Shown here in pieces: positions 15,390-22,504 of a stretch of DNA of 32,000 bases. Position numbers and translations under genes: made by a program. The number at the start of each line of letters is the position of its first letter. The first letter of the stretch is position 1. The notes under the pieces were generated by a model. That model was not told the origin of the DNA. It searched no databases and saw only the letters and a program-made list of their open reading frames with translations. Source of the DNA: Geotalea daltonii FRC-32 (lineage in GTDB: Bacteria > Desulfobacterota > Desulfuromonadia > Geobacterales > Geobacteraceae); NCBI RefSeq assembly GCF_000022265.1, contig NC_011979.1, positions 1,020,001 to 1,052,000 of the forward strand, given 5' to 3'.

Positions 15390-16436
15390 TTACCCGGGTG
15401 GGGATGTCTTGCGACGTTTGAGAAAAAAAACGATCACCACGGAAAATGCCAGTGTGATCAGGGTGCCCACAAGACCGGCAATGCTGGTACCAGCCTTACG
15501 GTCGATCTTCTCTGTTTCACCGGTTGCCGAAGGCTTTATTTTCTGTTCTGCAGACTTGCCGAAGGAGTAATCACGGAGCAGGGCGGTCTTGTCCTGAATT
15601 CGGGCCAGTGCCCCGTGAAGCCCCAGGTTCGGCCCCGCAAGCTCTTCCTTGCCCGTTACCTTGAAAATGGCCCATTCCAGGCCGTCAGGATTTTTTGAAG
15701 CGAACCAGGAGAGGACGCCGGCGGCTATGATGGCCACTGCCATGAAAGCCAGCAGAATATCACGTAGCGGATGATTGCCTGCAGGTTGCCCACTGAAGGC
15801 ATTCTCGAGGATTTCCGGTCGGACCTTGTAAATGAATGACACCACTGCCAGGGTGACGAATCCTTCGACAATGCCTATGGCCAGATGAATGGGCTGCATC
15901 AGCAGCACGAAAGTGGGAAACGGCAGGACTGAAATGCCTGAAAAAAAAGTTTCCAGCACCACTGCAAGGGACCCCAGCTGTAGACAGGCAATGGCGGCAA
16001 TCATGGTGGCCATTGTCATGGGATAACGCCCGGGATTGGGGCCGAGGATCTTCTTGTAGATGAGGGGGTATGCAATAAAGGCGGGGAAGAAGCCTATATT
16101 GAAGATGTTGCAGCCGAGAGCCAGCAATCCTCCGTCGGCAAAGAACAGGGCTTGGACCACGAGGACTGAGGCAATGGAGAGGAATGCCCCATGGGGTCCC
16201 AGAAGGATCGATAGCAAAAGCCCACCCCCCAGGTGACCACTGGATCCGGTTCCCGGAATGGTGAAGTTGATCATCTGCGCTGCAAAGAGAAAGGCGCCGA
16301 GCACCCCCATGAGCGGCACATTGCGATCATCGAGCCTGTTGCGCACTTTTGCCGAACAGTAGGCGATGGTGATGACCGATGCCCCCCACATGGTTCCACC
16401 GACAGCCGGAGACAGTAATGCGTCCGCCATATGCAT
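15390..16436 (-). CDS. ECF-type Ni/Co uptake substrate-capture component: CbiM/NikM fused to a PDGLE (NikN-like) C-terminal domain
   Basis: The CbiM/NikM core (MHMADALLSP.., FTIPGTGSSGHLGGG.., ALFFADGGLLALGCNIFN..) is followed by ..NPDGLEWA.. and a terminal TM helix. I place the start at ATG 16436 so the protein begins MH.., as required for the N-terminal metal-binding site of this family. GGGGAAG SD 8 nt upstream. The track ORF extends to 16559. Confidence 0.85.
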   Translation of the reverse strand: MHMADALLSPAVGGTMWGASVITIAYCSAKVRNRLDDRNVPLMGVLGAFLFAAQMINFTIPGTGSSGHLGGGLLLSILLGPHGAFLSIASVLVVQALFFADGGLLALGCNIFNIGFFPAFIAYPLIYKKILGPNPGRYPMTMATMIAAIACLQLGSLAVVLETFFSGISVLPFPTFVLLMQPIHLAIGIVEGFVTLAVVSFIYKVRPEILENAFSGQPAGNHPLRDILLAFMAVAIIAAGVLSWFASKNPDGLEWAIFKVTGKEELAGPNLGLHGALARIQDKTALLRDYSFGKSAEQKIKPSATGETEKIDRKAGTSIAGLVGTLITLAFSVVIVFFLKRRKTSPPG

Positions 16437-16595
16437 AGAGAGATCTTCCCCTGTGGCACGAATATTCCTGGTTTCAATCCGGAAAGGGTTCTTTTCTGCC
16501 CTGGCGGCGTCAATCTGCGGGCTTACTTGTGCGACGTACCGATGTACGTCTCCGCGCAAGCCCTTGATTTCCTTGCCAGAACAAAAAATCCCCTC

Positions 16596-16648
16596 TTTCC
16601 GAATCGGAAACCACTAGTTTCTCATCCGGAGTTTCCGGATGGAAACTA
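16596..16648. promoter_or_regulatory. Nested perfect palindromes sharing GTTTCC/GGAAAC cores, in the divergent cbiM-sel1 intergenic region (operator cluster or leader-RNA stem-loops)
   Basis: TTTCCGAATCGGAAA (16596..16610, perfect 7-1-7 palindrome). TAGTTTC-t-CATCCGGA-GTT-TCCGGATG-GAAACTA (16615..16648, 15 bp of pairing with one bulge; contains TCCGGA-N3-TCCGGA). Confidence 0.4.
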
Positions 16649-16660
16649 CTGGCAATATGA

Positions 16661-16689
16661 GCCATACGCTATCGCATATTCAGTGTCAA
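16661..16689 (-). promoter_or_regulatory. Candidate sigma70 promoter for the cbiM/nikM-type gene
   Basis: On the minus strand: perfect -35 TTGACA (plus 16684..16689), 17-nt spacer, weak -10 TATGGC (plus 16661..16666). This implies a leader of about 215 nt. Confidence 0.3.
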
Positions 16690-16738
16690 TGGATTTTGCG
16701 GAACTGTCGCTACACTTGTCCAATGAAATATTAAAAAG

Positions 16739-16767
16739 TTGACCACAGACTTGGGATTTGCAATAGT
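16739..16767 (+). promoter_or_regulatory. Candidate sigma70 promoter for the Sel1-repeat gene
   Basis: TTGACC (16739..16744), 17-nt spacer, AATAGT (16762..16767); about 35 nt upstream of ATG 16802. Confidence 0.3.
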
Positions 16768-16801
16768 TACAAAAAATTCATTCAAGCTGTGGAGGGCTGA
16801 A

Positions 16802-17986
16802 ATGGTACGCCACAAGAACATAGTCGCCTTGTCAATTCTTTTCTGTATTGTTTCTGCAACGGCTGCCCGCGCCGATTACGAATCAGGGCTTCGTGCCTAT
16901 AATGATGGTGATTTCGCCACGGCCATGCGTGAGTTCAGGACGGACGGGAGCCCCAAGGCATTGTATCAGATCGGCCTCATGTATGCGGAAGGGAAAGGGG
17001 TAAGAAAACCGAACCCAACCGAAGGGATGAAGTGGTATCGCAAGGCTGCGGACCAGGGTTTCGTGAAGGCCCAGTATGCCCTTGGCCTCTTGTATGCACT
17101 GGGGGAGGGCACCCTGACCAACCGGAAGGAGGCAGCCAGGTGGTACCGCAAGGCTGCAGATCAGGGACATGTGACGGCCCAATACAACCTGGCCCAGATG
17201 TACAGCCGTGGCGACGGCGTCAAACAGGACGAAGCTGAAGCTTTCAAGTGGTATCGCAAGGCCGCAGAGCAGGGGCATGGCACAGCCCAGTTGACAATTG
17301 CCCAGCTTTATGACAAGGGGCTGGGTGTGGCGCCGGATAAAAAAGAGGCTGCCCGCTGGTATCTGAAGGCGGCCGAGCAGGGGAAGCCTGCTGCCCAGTT
17401 TGCCGTCGCCACCATGTATGAAAAGGGGGAAGGGGTCGAAGCCGACAAAAAGGAGGCGCTGAAGTGGTTCCGCCGTGCCGCTGAACAGAAGCACGCCAAG
17501 GCCCAGTTCAAGGTCGGTTTTTACTATGACAGGGATGACAGTGGTGCCGAAGGTAAAAAGGAGGCGGTCAAATGGTACCGCCGGGCCGCCGAAAGTGGTG
17601 TTTCCGAAGCCCAGTTCAATTTAGGCATTCTTTATTATTACGGCAGGGGGATAGAACGTAACAAAAAAGAAGCTGTGAAATGGTTCCGCAAGGCCGCCGG
17701 CCAAGGGGACTCCGATGCCCAGTTTAATCTGGGTCACATGTACGACCAGGGGGATGGTATCAAACAGGACTGGAAGGAAGCAGTCAAATGGTACCGCAAA
17801 TCAGCCGACCAGGGCTTCGATCAAGCCCAGTTCAGTCTTGGCCTCATGTACTTCCATGGCCATGGGGTGAAGCAGAACAGGAGGGAGGCCATCAAGTGGT
17901 TCGTCAAGGCTGCGGAACAGGGTTCCGAAGAAGCGATAAGGACCCTGGAAGCCTTGGGCAGGCATGCTCCGTTGCAGGCGCACTGA
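16802..17986 (+). CDS. Secreted Sel1-like (SLR/TPR-type) repeat protein
   Basis: ATG 16802 is preceded by GGAGGG. Signal peptide MVRHKNIVALSILFCIVSATAARA-DY. Repeated consensus ..AQ..LG.MY..G.GV..D..EA.KWYRKAA.QG.. The track ORF starts at an upstream TTG (16739) that I do not favour. Confidence 0.85.
   Translation: MVRHKNIVALSILFCIVSATAARADYESGLRAYNDGDFATAMREFRTDGSPKALYQIGLMYAEGKGVRKPNPTEGMKWYRKAADQGFVKAQYALGLLYALGEGTLTNRKEAARWYRKAADQGHVTAQYNLAQMYSRGDGVKQDEAEAFKWYRKAAEQGHGTAQLTIAQLYDKGLGVAPDKKEAARWYLKAAEQGKPAAQFAVATMYEKGEGVEADKKEALKWFRRAAEQKHAKAQFKVGFYYDRDDSGAEGKKEAVKWYRRAAESGVSEAQFNLGILYYYGRGIERNKKEAVKWFRKAAGQGDSDAQFNLGHMYDQGDGIKQDWKEAVKWYRKSADQGFDQAQFSLGLMYFHGHGVKQNRREAIKWFVKAAEQGSEEAIRTLEALGRHAPLQAH
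16955..17926 (+). repeat. Nine head-to-tail 108-nt (36-codon) Sel1 coding repeats with no register breaks
   Basis: Residues K52 to S375 of the protein divide into exactly 9 x 36 aa units, each ending ..KW(Y/F)RKAA(E/D)QG. Confidence 0.8.
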
Positions 17987-18031
17987 ACGGTTACCTCCTG
18001 TTACCCTGCCATATCCGATGGCCGGTTCAGG

Positions 18032-21000
18032 TCATTCACCCAGCACCCCCATTACCCAGTCCAGGTTGACCCTGGCCACCAGATAGTCCCGTTTCGCCCG
18101 TGAAAAGTTGCTTTTGGCCTGCAGCAGGTTCAGTTCGGCATCCTCCACCTCCAGGCGGATCTTTACCCCAAGCTCATACCCCTTTTCCGCCATGGTCAGC
18201 AGCCTTTCTGCCTGCTTTACCGTCCCCGACAGGGCGTTTACGATCTCTTCCGATTCGGCCAGGGCATTGACCGCATTTCGCGCATCCAGGGCGATGGCAT
18301 CCAGCTGCTTTGCCTCGTCGATCTTGAGACTTCTGACGGTTGATTCGGCCTGAGCCGTCTTGCCGCTGGTGCGAAAGCCGTCGAAGAAGGGGAAGCTCAG
18401 GTAGATCCCCGCACTCCAGGCAAACCCGTCCGCCTTGTTATCTCCAATCTCCAGCTGCTTCCAGCCATAGCTTCCCTTCAGATCCAGTCGAGGCTTGTTG
18501 TCGGCTGCTGCAACATTTACCAGTTCCTCGTACATCCCCAGACGGTGGCGCAAATCGGCCAACTCCGGCCTCTTTTTTTCGGCAACGGCGATAGCTTCCT
18601 CATACGTGGCATGGGGCGTTATTGCCGCATCAAGGGCGCCGCTGACCTCAATCTCATGGTCCAGGGCAAGCAGGTAGCGGAGTTCCTGGCTGGCGGTGCG
18701 GATCTGGTTTTCCGTGCGGATCACCTCCGGGCGGGCATTGTCGACGGTCACACCAGCAGCGAGCACATCGTATTCGGTGGCAATCCCTTCAGTGTATTTT
18801 TTGCGGGTTTCATCCAGGTGACGTTTTTTCTGTTCCAGGTTCTGCGATGCAAAGGCGTTCAGTTCCCGGGCGAGAAGGACGTTATAGAAGGTGACGGAAA
18901 CGTCACGGGCTGCTGCTTGACGGTAGAGGCGCAATTGATCGTCTGCGGTCTTGAGGCCGATTTTTGCGGCGCGGATGGCAGCTCCCACTTTGCCCCAGGA
19001 GAAGAGCACCTGGGAGGCGCTCAACTCGGCGCTTCGCCTGTCCTGTGATCCCGAGACGCCGAAGAAGGCGCTCTGGCTGTCGTCCCAGTCACGGGCGACG
19101 GTGCCGTTCAGGGAAAGCTGCGGCAGGGCTGCTGCCCGCTCCTCCACATACCGCCCTTCCACCTGTTTAAAGTACTCACGGGCCTTCTCCAGGTCCCGGT
19201 TCTTTTCCGCCGCAATCTGCAGGGCCTGCTCCAGGGTCAGCGTCTGCACCTCCGCGTTGGCTCGGGACACAAGGACCATCGAGCCGCAGAGCAGGCAGAG
19301 CGCACCGATCAGTCCCCTGAAAAACCTTCTGCCGGGAAGCAGCCTGATTACTTTGCCGGCTCCTCTACGGGCCTCTCCTGCCGGCGGGGCTCCGGCGTCC
19401 GAATTCTGCCCATGCTCTTTGTTCCACTTCCGCTTCAGCCATGCCCCCAAGTCGTCGACAACGGTATAGACCACCGGCACCACCAGCAGGGTCAGAAGAC
19501 TTGAGGTCAGCAGACCGCCGATGACGGTGCGAGCCATGGGAGCACGCCCCTCGGCGCCGGAGCCTATGGCGAAGAAGAGGGGGAGCATGCCGAAGATCAT
19601 GGCCAGGGTGGTCATGGCGATGGGGCGCAGTCTCGTCCGTCCCGCTTCGATCACCGCCTGCCGCCGCGGCATGCCATCCCGTCGCTGCAGGACTTTGGCA
19701 TAATCCACCAGCAGAATAGCGTTCTTCGTCACCAGCCCCATGAGCATGATCAGGCCGATCAGAGACATGATGTTGACGGTGTCGCCGGTCAGTTTCAACA
19801 TGCCGGCCACGCCGACAATGGAGAGGGGCAGCGAAAGCATGATGGCCAGCGGCTCCAGGAACGACTCGAACTGGGCGGCAAGGATCAGATAGACGAAAAG
19901 CACCGCCAAAAGCAACGATTCTCCCATGTAGCCGAATGATTCAGCCATGTCTTCCGCCTCCCCGGAAAAATTTACTGAGTATCCAGGGGGCATCCGGATG
20001 TTGCTGGCTGCCGCTTCCACTTTTTTTACCGCCGTGCCGATGGGGAGATTGTCCAGATTGGCGCTGACGGTCACTTGGCGCGACAGGTCACGGCGGTTGA
20101 TTTCGCTGGGGGTCGCTGCCACCTCGTAGCTGGTGATCGCTGACATCGGCACCAGCTTGGTGCTGCCGGCTCCGTCGGGGACGGAAATTTTCAGGTCTCG
20201 TACCTGCCCCGGGTTCTGCCGCAGGTTTTCAGGCAGCCTTACCCGCACGTCGACGGCATCGCCGTCCTCATCTTCATAGGTGGTGATTGCTTCCCCCCCT
20301 ACCAGCCGGCCCAGGGAGGCGACGATGTCGTTGGTGGACACACCGGCGGACAGTGCCCGCTCCCGGTCCACCCGCAGGCGGTACTCGGGGATGTCGTGTT
20401 CCAGGGTTGCCGAGATATCGACGATCCCGGGAATCTTGTACATCTCCTCCTTCAGTTTGGCCGCCAGTCCCTTGAGGACGGCGATATCTTCCCCTTTGAG
20501 ATTGGCATTGAGCGGCTTGCCGCTCCCCATGCTGCCGACGATCTCGATGGAGAAGGTGATGCCGGGAATCTGCCGGAGGCGTTCCCGCACCACCTGCTGA
20601 ATCTCCTGCTGTTTCCGCGTGCGCTCCTGTTTTTCCTTGAGTTTTACGTAAACGAGCCCATCCCGGACCGTGCCGCTGTCGCCGGCGCCGATGGTGGCAT
20701 AGGTATGGTCTATTTCCGGGATGTTCTTCATCCGGTCAAGGACCAGGCCGAGGCGGTTTTCCGTCTCGGCCATGCTGGCATCGGGGGCTGTCTTGAAGGA
20801 AACCTGGAATTCTCCGTTGTCTTCAGTGGCCATGAAAGAGGATTCCAGGGTGGCAAAGATGGCCAGTCCCGCGATAAAGGCGGCGAAGGCCGAGGCCATG
20901 ACTGTTTTACGGTGATCGAGAGCCCAGCCGATGGCGCTTCGATACTTGTCTGCGGTATAGTCGAACCAGTCGTTGAAGGTTTCCAGCAATTTTGCCAATC

Positions 21001-22501
21001 CTTTCCGATGACCACGGGCTGTAATGGCGGGATCGTGCCAGCGGGAGGAGAGCATGGGGTCAAGGGTGAAGGAGACGAACAGCGATACCAGCACCGCAAA
21101 GGAGACGGTGATGCCGAAAGGGAAGAAAAAGCGGCCTACGATCCCCTTCATGAAGGCAACGGGCACGAAGACGGCCACCACCGACATGGTGGTGGCGAAG
21201 ACCGCCAGGCCGATCTCGGCGGTGCCGAAGCGGGAGGCCTCCATGTGGTCCTTGCCGTGCTCCAGGTGCCGGACGATATTTTCCCGGACGACGATGGCAT
21301 CGTCGATCAGCAGGCCGATGGCCAGCGACAAGGCCATGAGGGTCATGACATTGAGGGTCATTCCCATGGCGTTCATGACGATGAAGGAGGAGATGACCGA
21401 GATGGGGAGGGTGACGCCGGTAATGACCGTCGAACGCCAGGAGTTGATGAAACAGAAGACGATGACGATGGTGAGAATACCGCCAATGAGAAGTGTCTCC
21501 TGCACGTCAGCCAGGGAGTCCCGGGTCATGATGGAGCCATCGCGGACCATGGACAGCCTCACTCCCGGCGGCAGGTCTTTTTCAACCTTGCCCATGATCT
21601 TCTTGATGTTGTCCACCACCTGGACCTGATTTGCCCCAGATTGCTTGTAAATATCCAGGCCGATGGCGGGAATGCCGTTGATCAGCGCCAGCCGCCGTTT
21701 CTCTTCGACCCCGTCGCCGACGGCAGCCACTTCTGCAAGGGTTACCGGCCTGCCGTTACTGCGGGCGATGACCATTTGCCGATAATCGTCGGCCCGTTCC
21801 GGCTTTCCTTCCATGCGCAGGGGGTATTCGGCGCCGCCGCGGGTCAACCGTCCCAGGGGCGTGTTGGTGTTTTCGCTCCGCAGTCCGTCCACCACATCGT
21901 TGACCCCCAGCCCCACCGCATCCAGGCGGGCCGGGTCGATCTCCACGTTGACCTCACGTTTCTGTCCCCCGATCATGTCAACCTTGCCGACGCCGGCAAT
22001 GCTCTCGAAGCGCTTCTTGACTCTCTTTTCCACCAGTACAGTCAGTTCCCGCGGGAGCAGCGTTTCCGACTGTACCGCAAGGGCCGCTACCGGCATGGCA
22101 TTGAAGTCCAGCTTCTGGATGATCGGCTCTTCCGTGGCTGTGGGCAGGTCGCCGCGGATGGAAGTAATCTTCGCCCGCGCTTCCTGGGCCACGTCGTTCA
22201 GCTGCTCTTCCAGCCTGAACTCGACCACAACCGTGGAAACGCTTTCACGGGAGAAGGACATGACGTGCTTCACCCCAGCCACCTGGTTCACCGCTTCCTC
22301 GATCCGCTTGGAGACCTCCCGTTCCACTGTTTCCGGCGAAGCTCCGGGAAACTTGGTGACGATTGAGATGACCGGTATCTCCACGTTGGGATACATTTCC
22401 ACCGACAGCCGGCGGTAGGAAAAGATTCCCAGCACCACCAGGGCCAACATCATCACCGCTGCGAAGACCGGCCGTTTTATGGACAGTTCTGAAAGTACCA
22501 T
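18032..22501 (-). CDS. RND (AcrB/HAE1-type) efflux permease fused in frame to a TolC-type outer-membrane factor
   Basis: Single uninterrupted 1489-codon ORF. Residues 1 to about 1027 are a full 12-TM RND permease (MVLSELSIKRPVFAAV.., TM4 LLIDDAIVVRENI). Residues 1084..1489 are a full-length OMF with two OEP repeats (EVQTLTLEQALQIAAEKNRDLEKAR...). ATG 22501 is 3 nt after the MFP stop. Confidence 0.85.
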   Translation of the reverse strand: MVLSELSIKRPVFAAVMMLALVVLGIFSYRRLSVEMYPNVEIPVISIVTKFPGASPETVEREVSKRIEEAVNQVAGVKHVMSFSRESVSTVVVEFRLEEQLNDVAQEARAKITSIRGDLPTATEEPIIQKLDFNAMPVAALAVQSETLLPRELTVLVEKRVKKRFESIAGVGKVDMIGGQKREVNVEIDPARLDAVGLGVNDVVDGLRSENTNTPLGRLTRGGAEYPLRMEGKPERADDYRQMVIARSNGRPVTLAEVAAVGDGVEEKRRLALINGIPAIGLDIYKQSGANQVQVVDNIKKIMGKVEKDLPPGVRLSMVRDGSIMTRDSLADVQETLLIGGILTIVIVFCFINSWRSTVITGVTLPISVISSFIVMNAMGMTLNVMTLMALSLAIGLLIDDAIVVRENIVRHLEHGKDHMEASRFGTAEIGLAVFATTMSVVAVFVPVAFMKGIVGRFFFPFGITVSFAVLVSLFVSFTLDPMLSSRWHDPAITARGHRKGLAKLLETFNDWFDYTADKYRSAIGWALDHRKTVMASAFAAFIAGLAIFATLESSFMATEDNGEFQVSFKTAPDASMAETENRLGLVLDRMKNIPEIDHTYATIGAGDSGTVRDGLVYVKLKEKQERTRKQQEIQQVVRERLRQIPGITFSIEIVGSMGSGKPLNANLKGEDIAVLKGLAAKLKEEMYKIPGIVDISATLEHDIPEYRLRVDRERALSAGVSTNDIVASLGRLVGGEAITTYEDEDGDAVDVRVRLPENLRQNPGQVRDLKISVPDGAGSTKLVPMSAITSYEVAATPSEINRRDLSRQVTVSANLDNLPIGTAVKKVEAAASNIRMPPGYSVNFSGEAEDMAESFGYMGESLLLAVLFVYLILAAQFESFLEPLAIMLSLPLSIVGVAGMLKLTGDTVNIMSLIGLIMLMGLVTKNAILLVDYAKVLQRRDGMPRRQAVIEAGRTRLRPIAMTTLAMIFGMLPLFFAIGSGAEGRAPMARTVIGGLLTSSLLTLLVVPVVYTVVDDLGAWLKRKWNKEHGQNSDAGAPPAGEARRGAGKVIRLLPGRRFFRGLIGALCLLCGSMVLVSRANAEVQTLTLEQALQIAAEKNRDLEKAREYFKQVEGRYVEERAAALPQLSLNGTVARDWDDSQSAFFGVSGSQDRRSAELSASQVLFSWGKVGAAIRAAKIGLKTADDQLRLYRQAAARDVSVTFYNVLLARELNAFASQNLEQKKRHLDETRKKYTEGIATEYDVLAAGVTVDNARPEVIRTENQIRTASQELRYLLALDHEIEVSGALDAAITPHATYEEAIAVAEKKRPELADLRHRLGMYEELVNVAAADNKPRLDLKGSYGWKQLEIGDNKADGFAWSAGIYLSFPFFDGFRTSGKTAQAESTVRSLKIDEAKQLDAIALDARNAVNALAESEEIVNALSGTVKQAERLLTMAEKGYELGVKIRLEVEDAELNLLQAKSNFSRAKRDYLVARVNLDWVMGVLGE
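19253..19330 (-). other. Internal signal-peptide-like segment at the RND/OMF junction
   Basis: Residues 1058..1083 are RRFFRG-LIGALCLLCGSMVLV-SRANA, followed by EVQ. This is a positive n-region, a hydrophobic core and an AxA-type (ANA) signal peptidase I motif. It is preceded by a Gly/Ala/Pro-rich linker (residues about 1028..1057). Confidence 0.5.
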
Positions 22502-22504
22502 GGT

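Noticed and set aside
16454-16468. Sigma54-like TGGCAC-N5-TTCC on the plus strand.
   Set aside because: The essential -12 GC is replaced by CC. It lies about 335 nt upstream of the sel1 start, inside the cbiM leader.
16437-16559. N-terminal 41-residue extension of the CbiM/NikM ORF in the track.
   Set aside because: This family needs Met1-His2 at the mature N-terminus for metal binding. MHMADALLS begins at 16436 with an SD 8 nt upstream. The extension coincides with predicted leader stem-loops.
16437-16660. Cobalamin riboswitch upstream of the cbiM-type gene.
   Set aside because: I looked for the GGGAA..GGUGAAAAUCC..GCAAC(U/C)GUAA core and the B12 box (AGYCMGGAGACCKGCC). Only loose resemblances exist (CGCACAAGTAAGCCCGCAGATTGACGCC). 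These overlap one another instead of being separated by the expected helices. A covariance-model scan would be decisive.
19349-19381. Independent translation start for the OMF half of the RND-OMF ORF, suggested by SD-like AGGAGAGG / AGAGGAG strings.
   Set aside because: No ATG, GTG or TTG lies within reach of these strings. The first in-frame start (Met1075) is inside the hydrophobic core and would delete the export signal.
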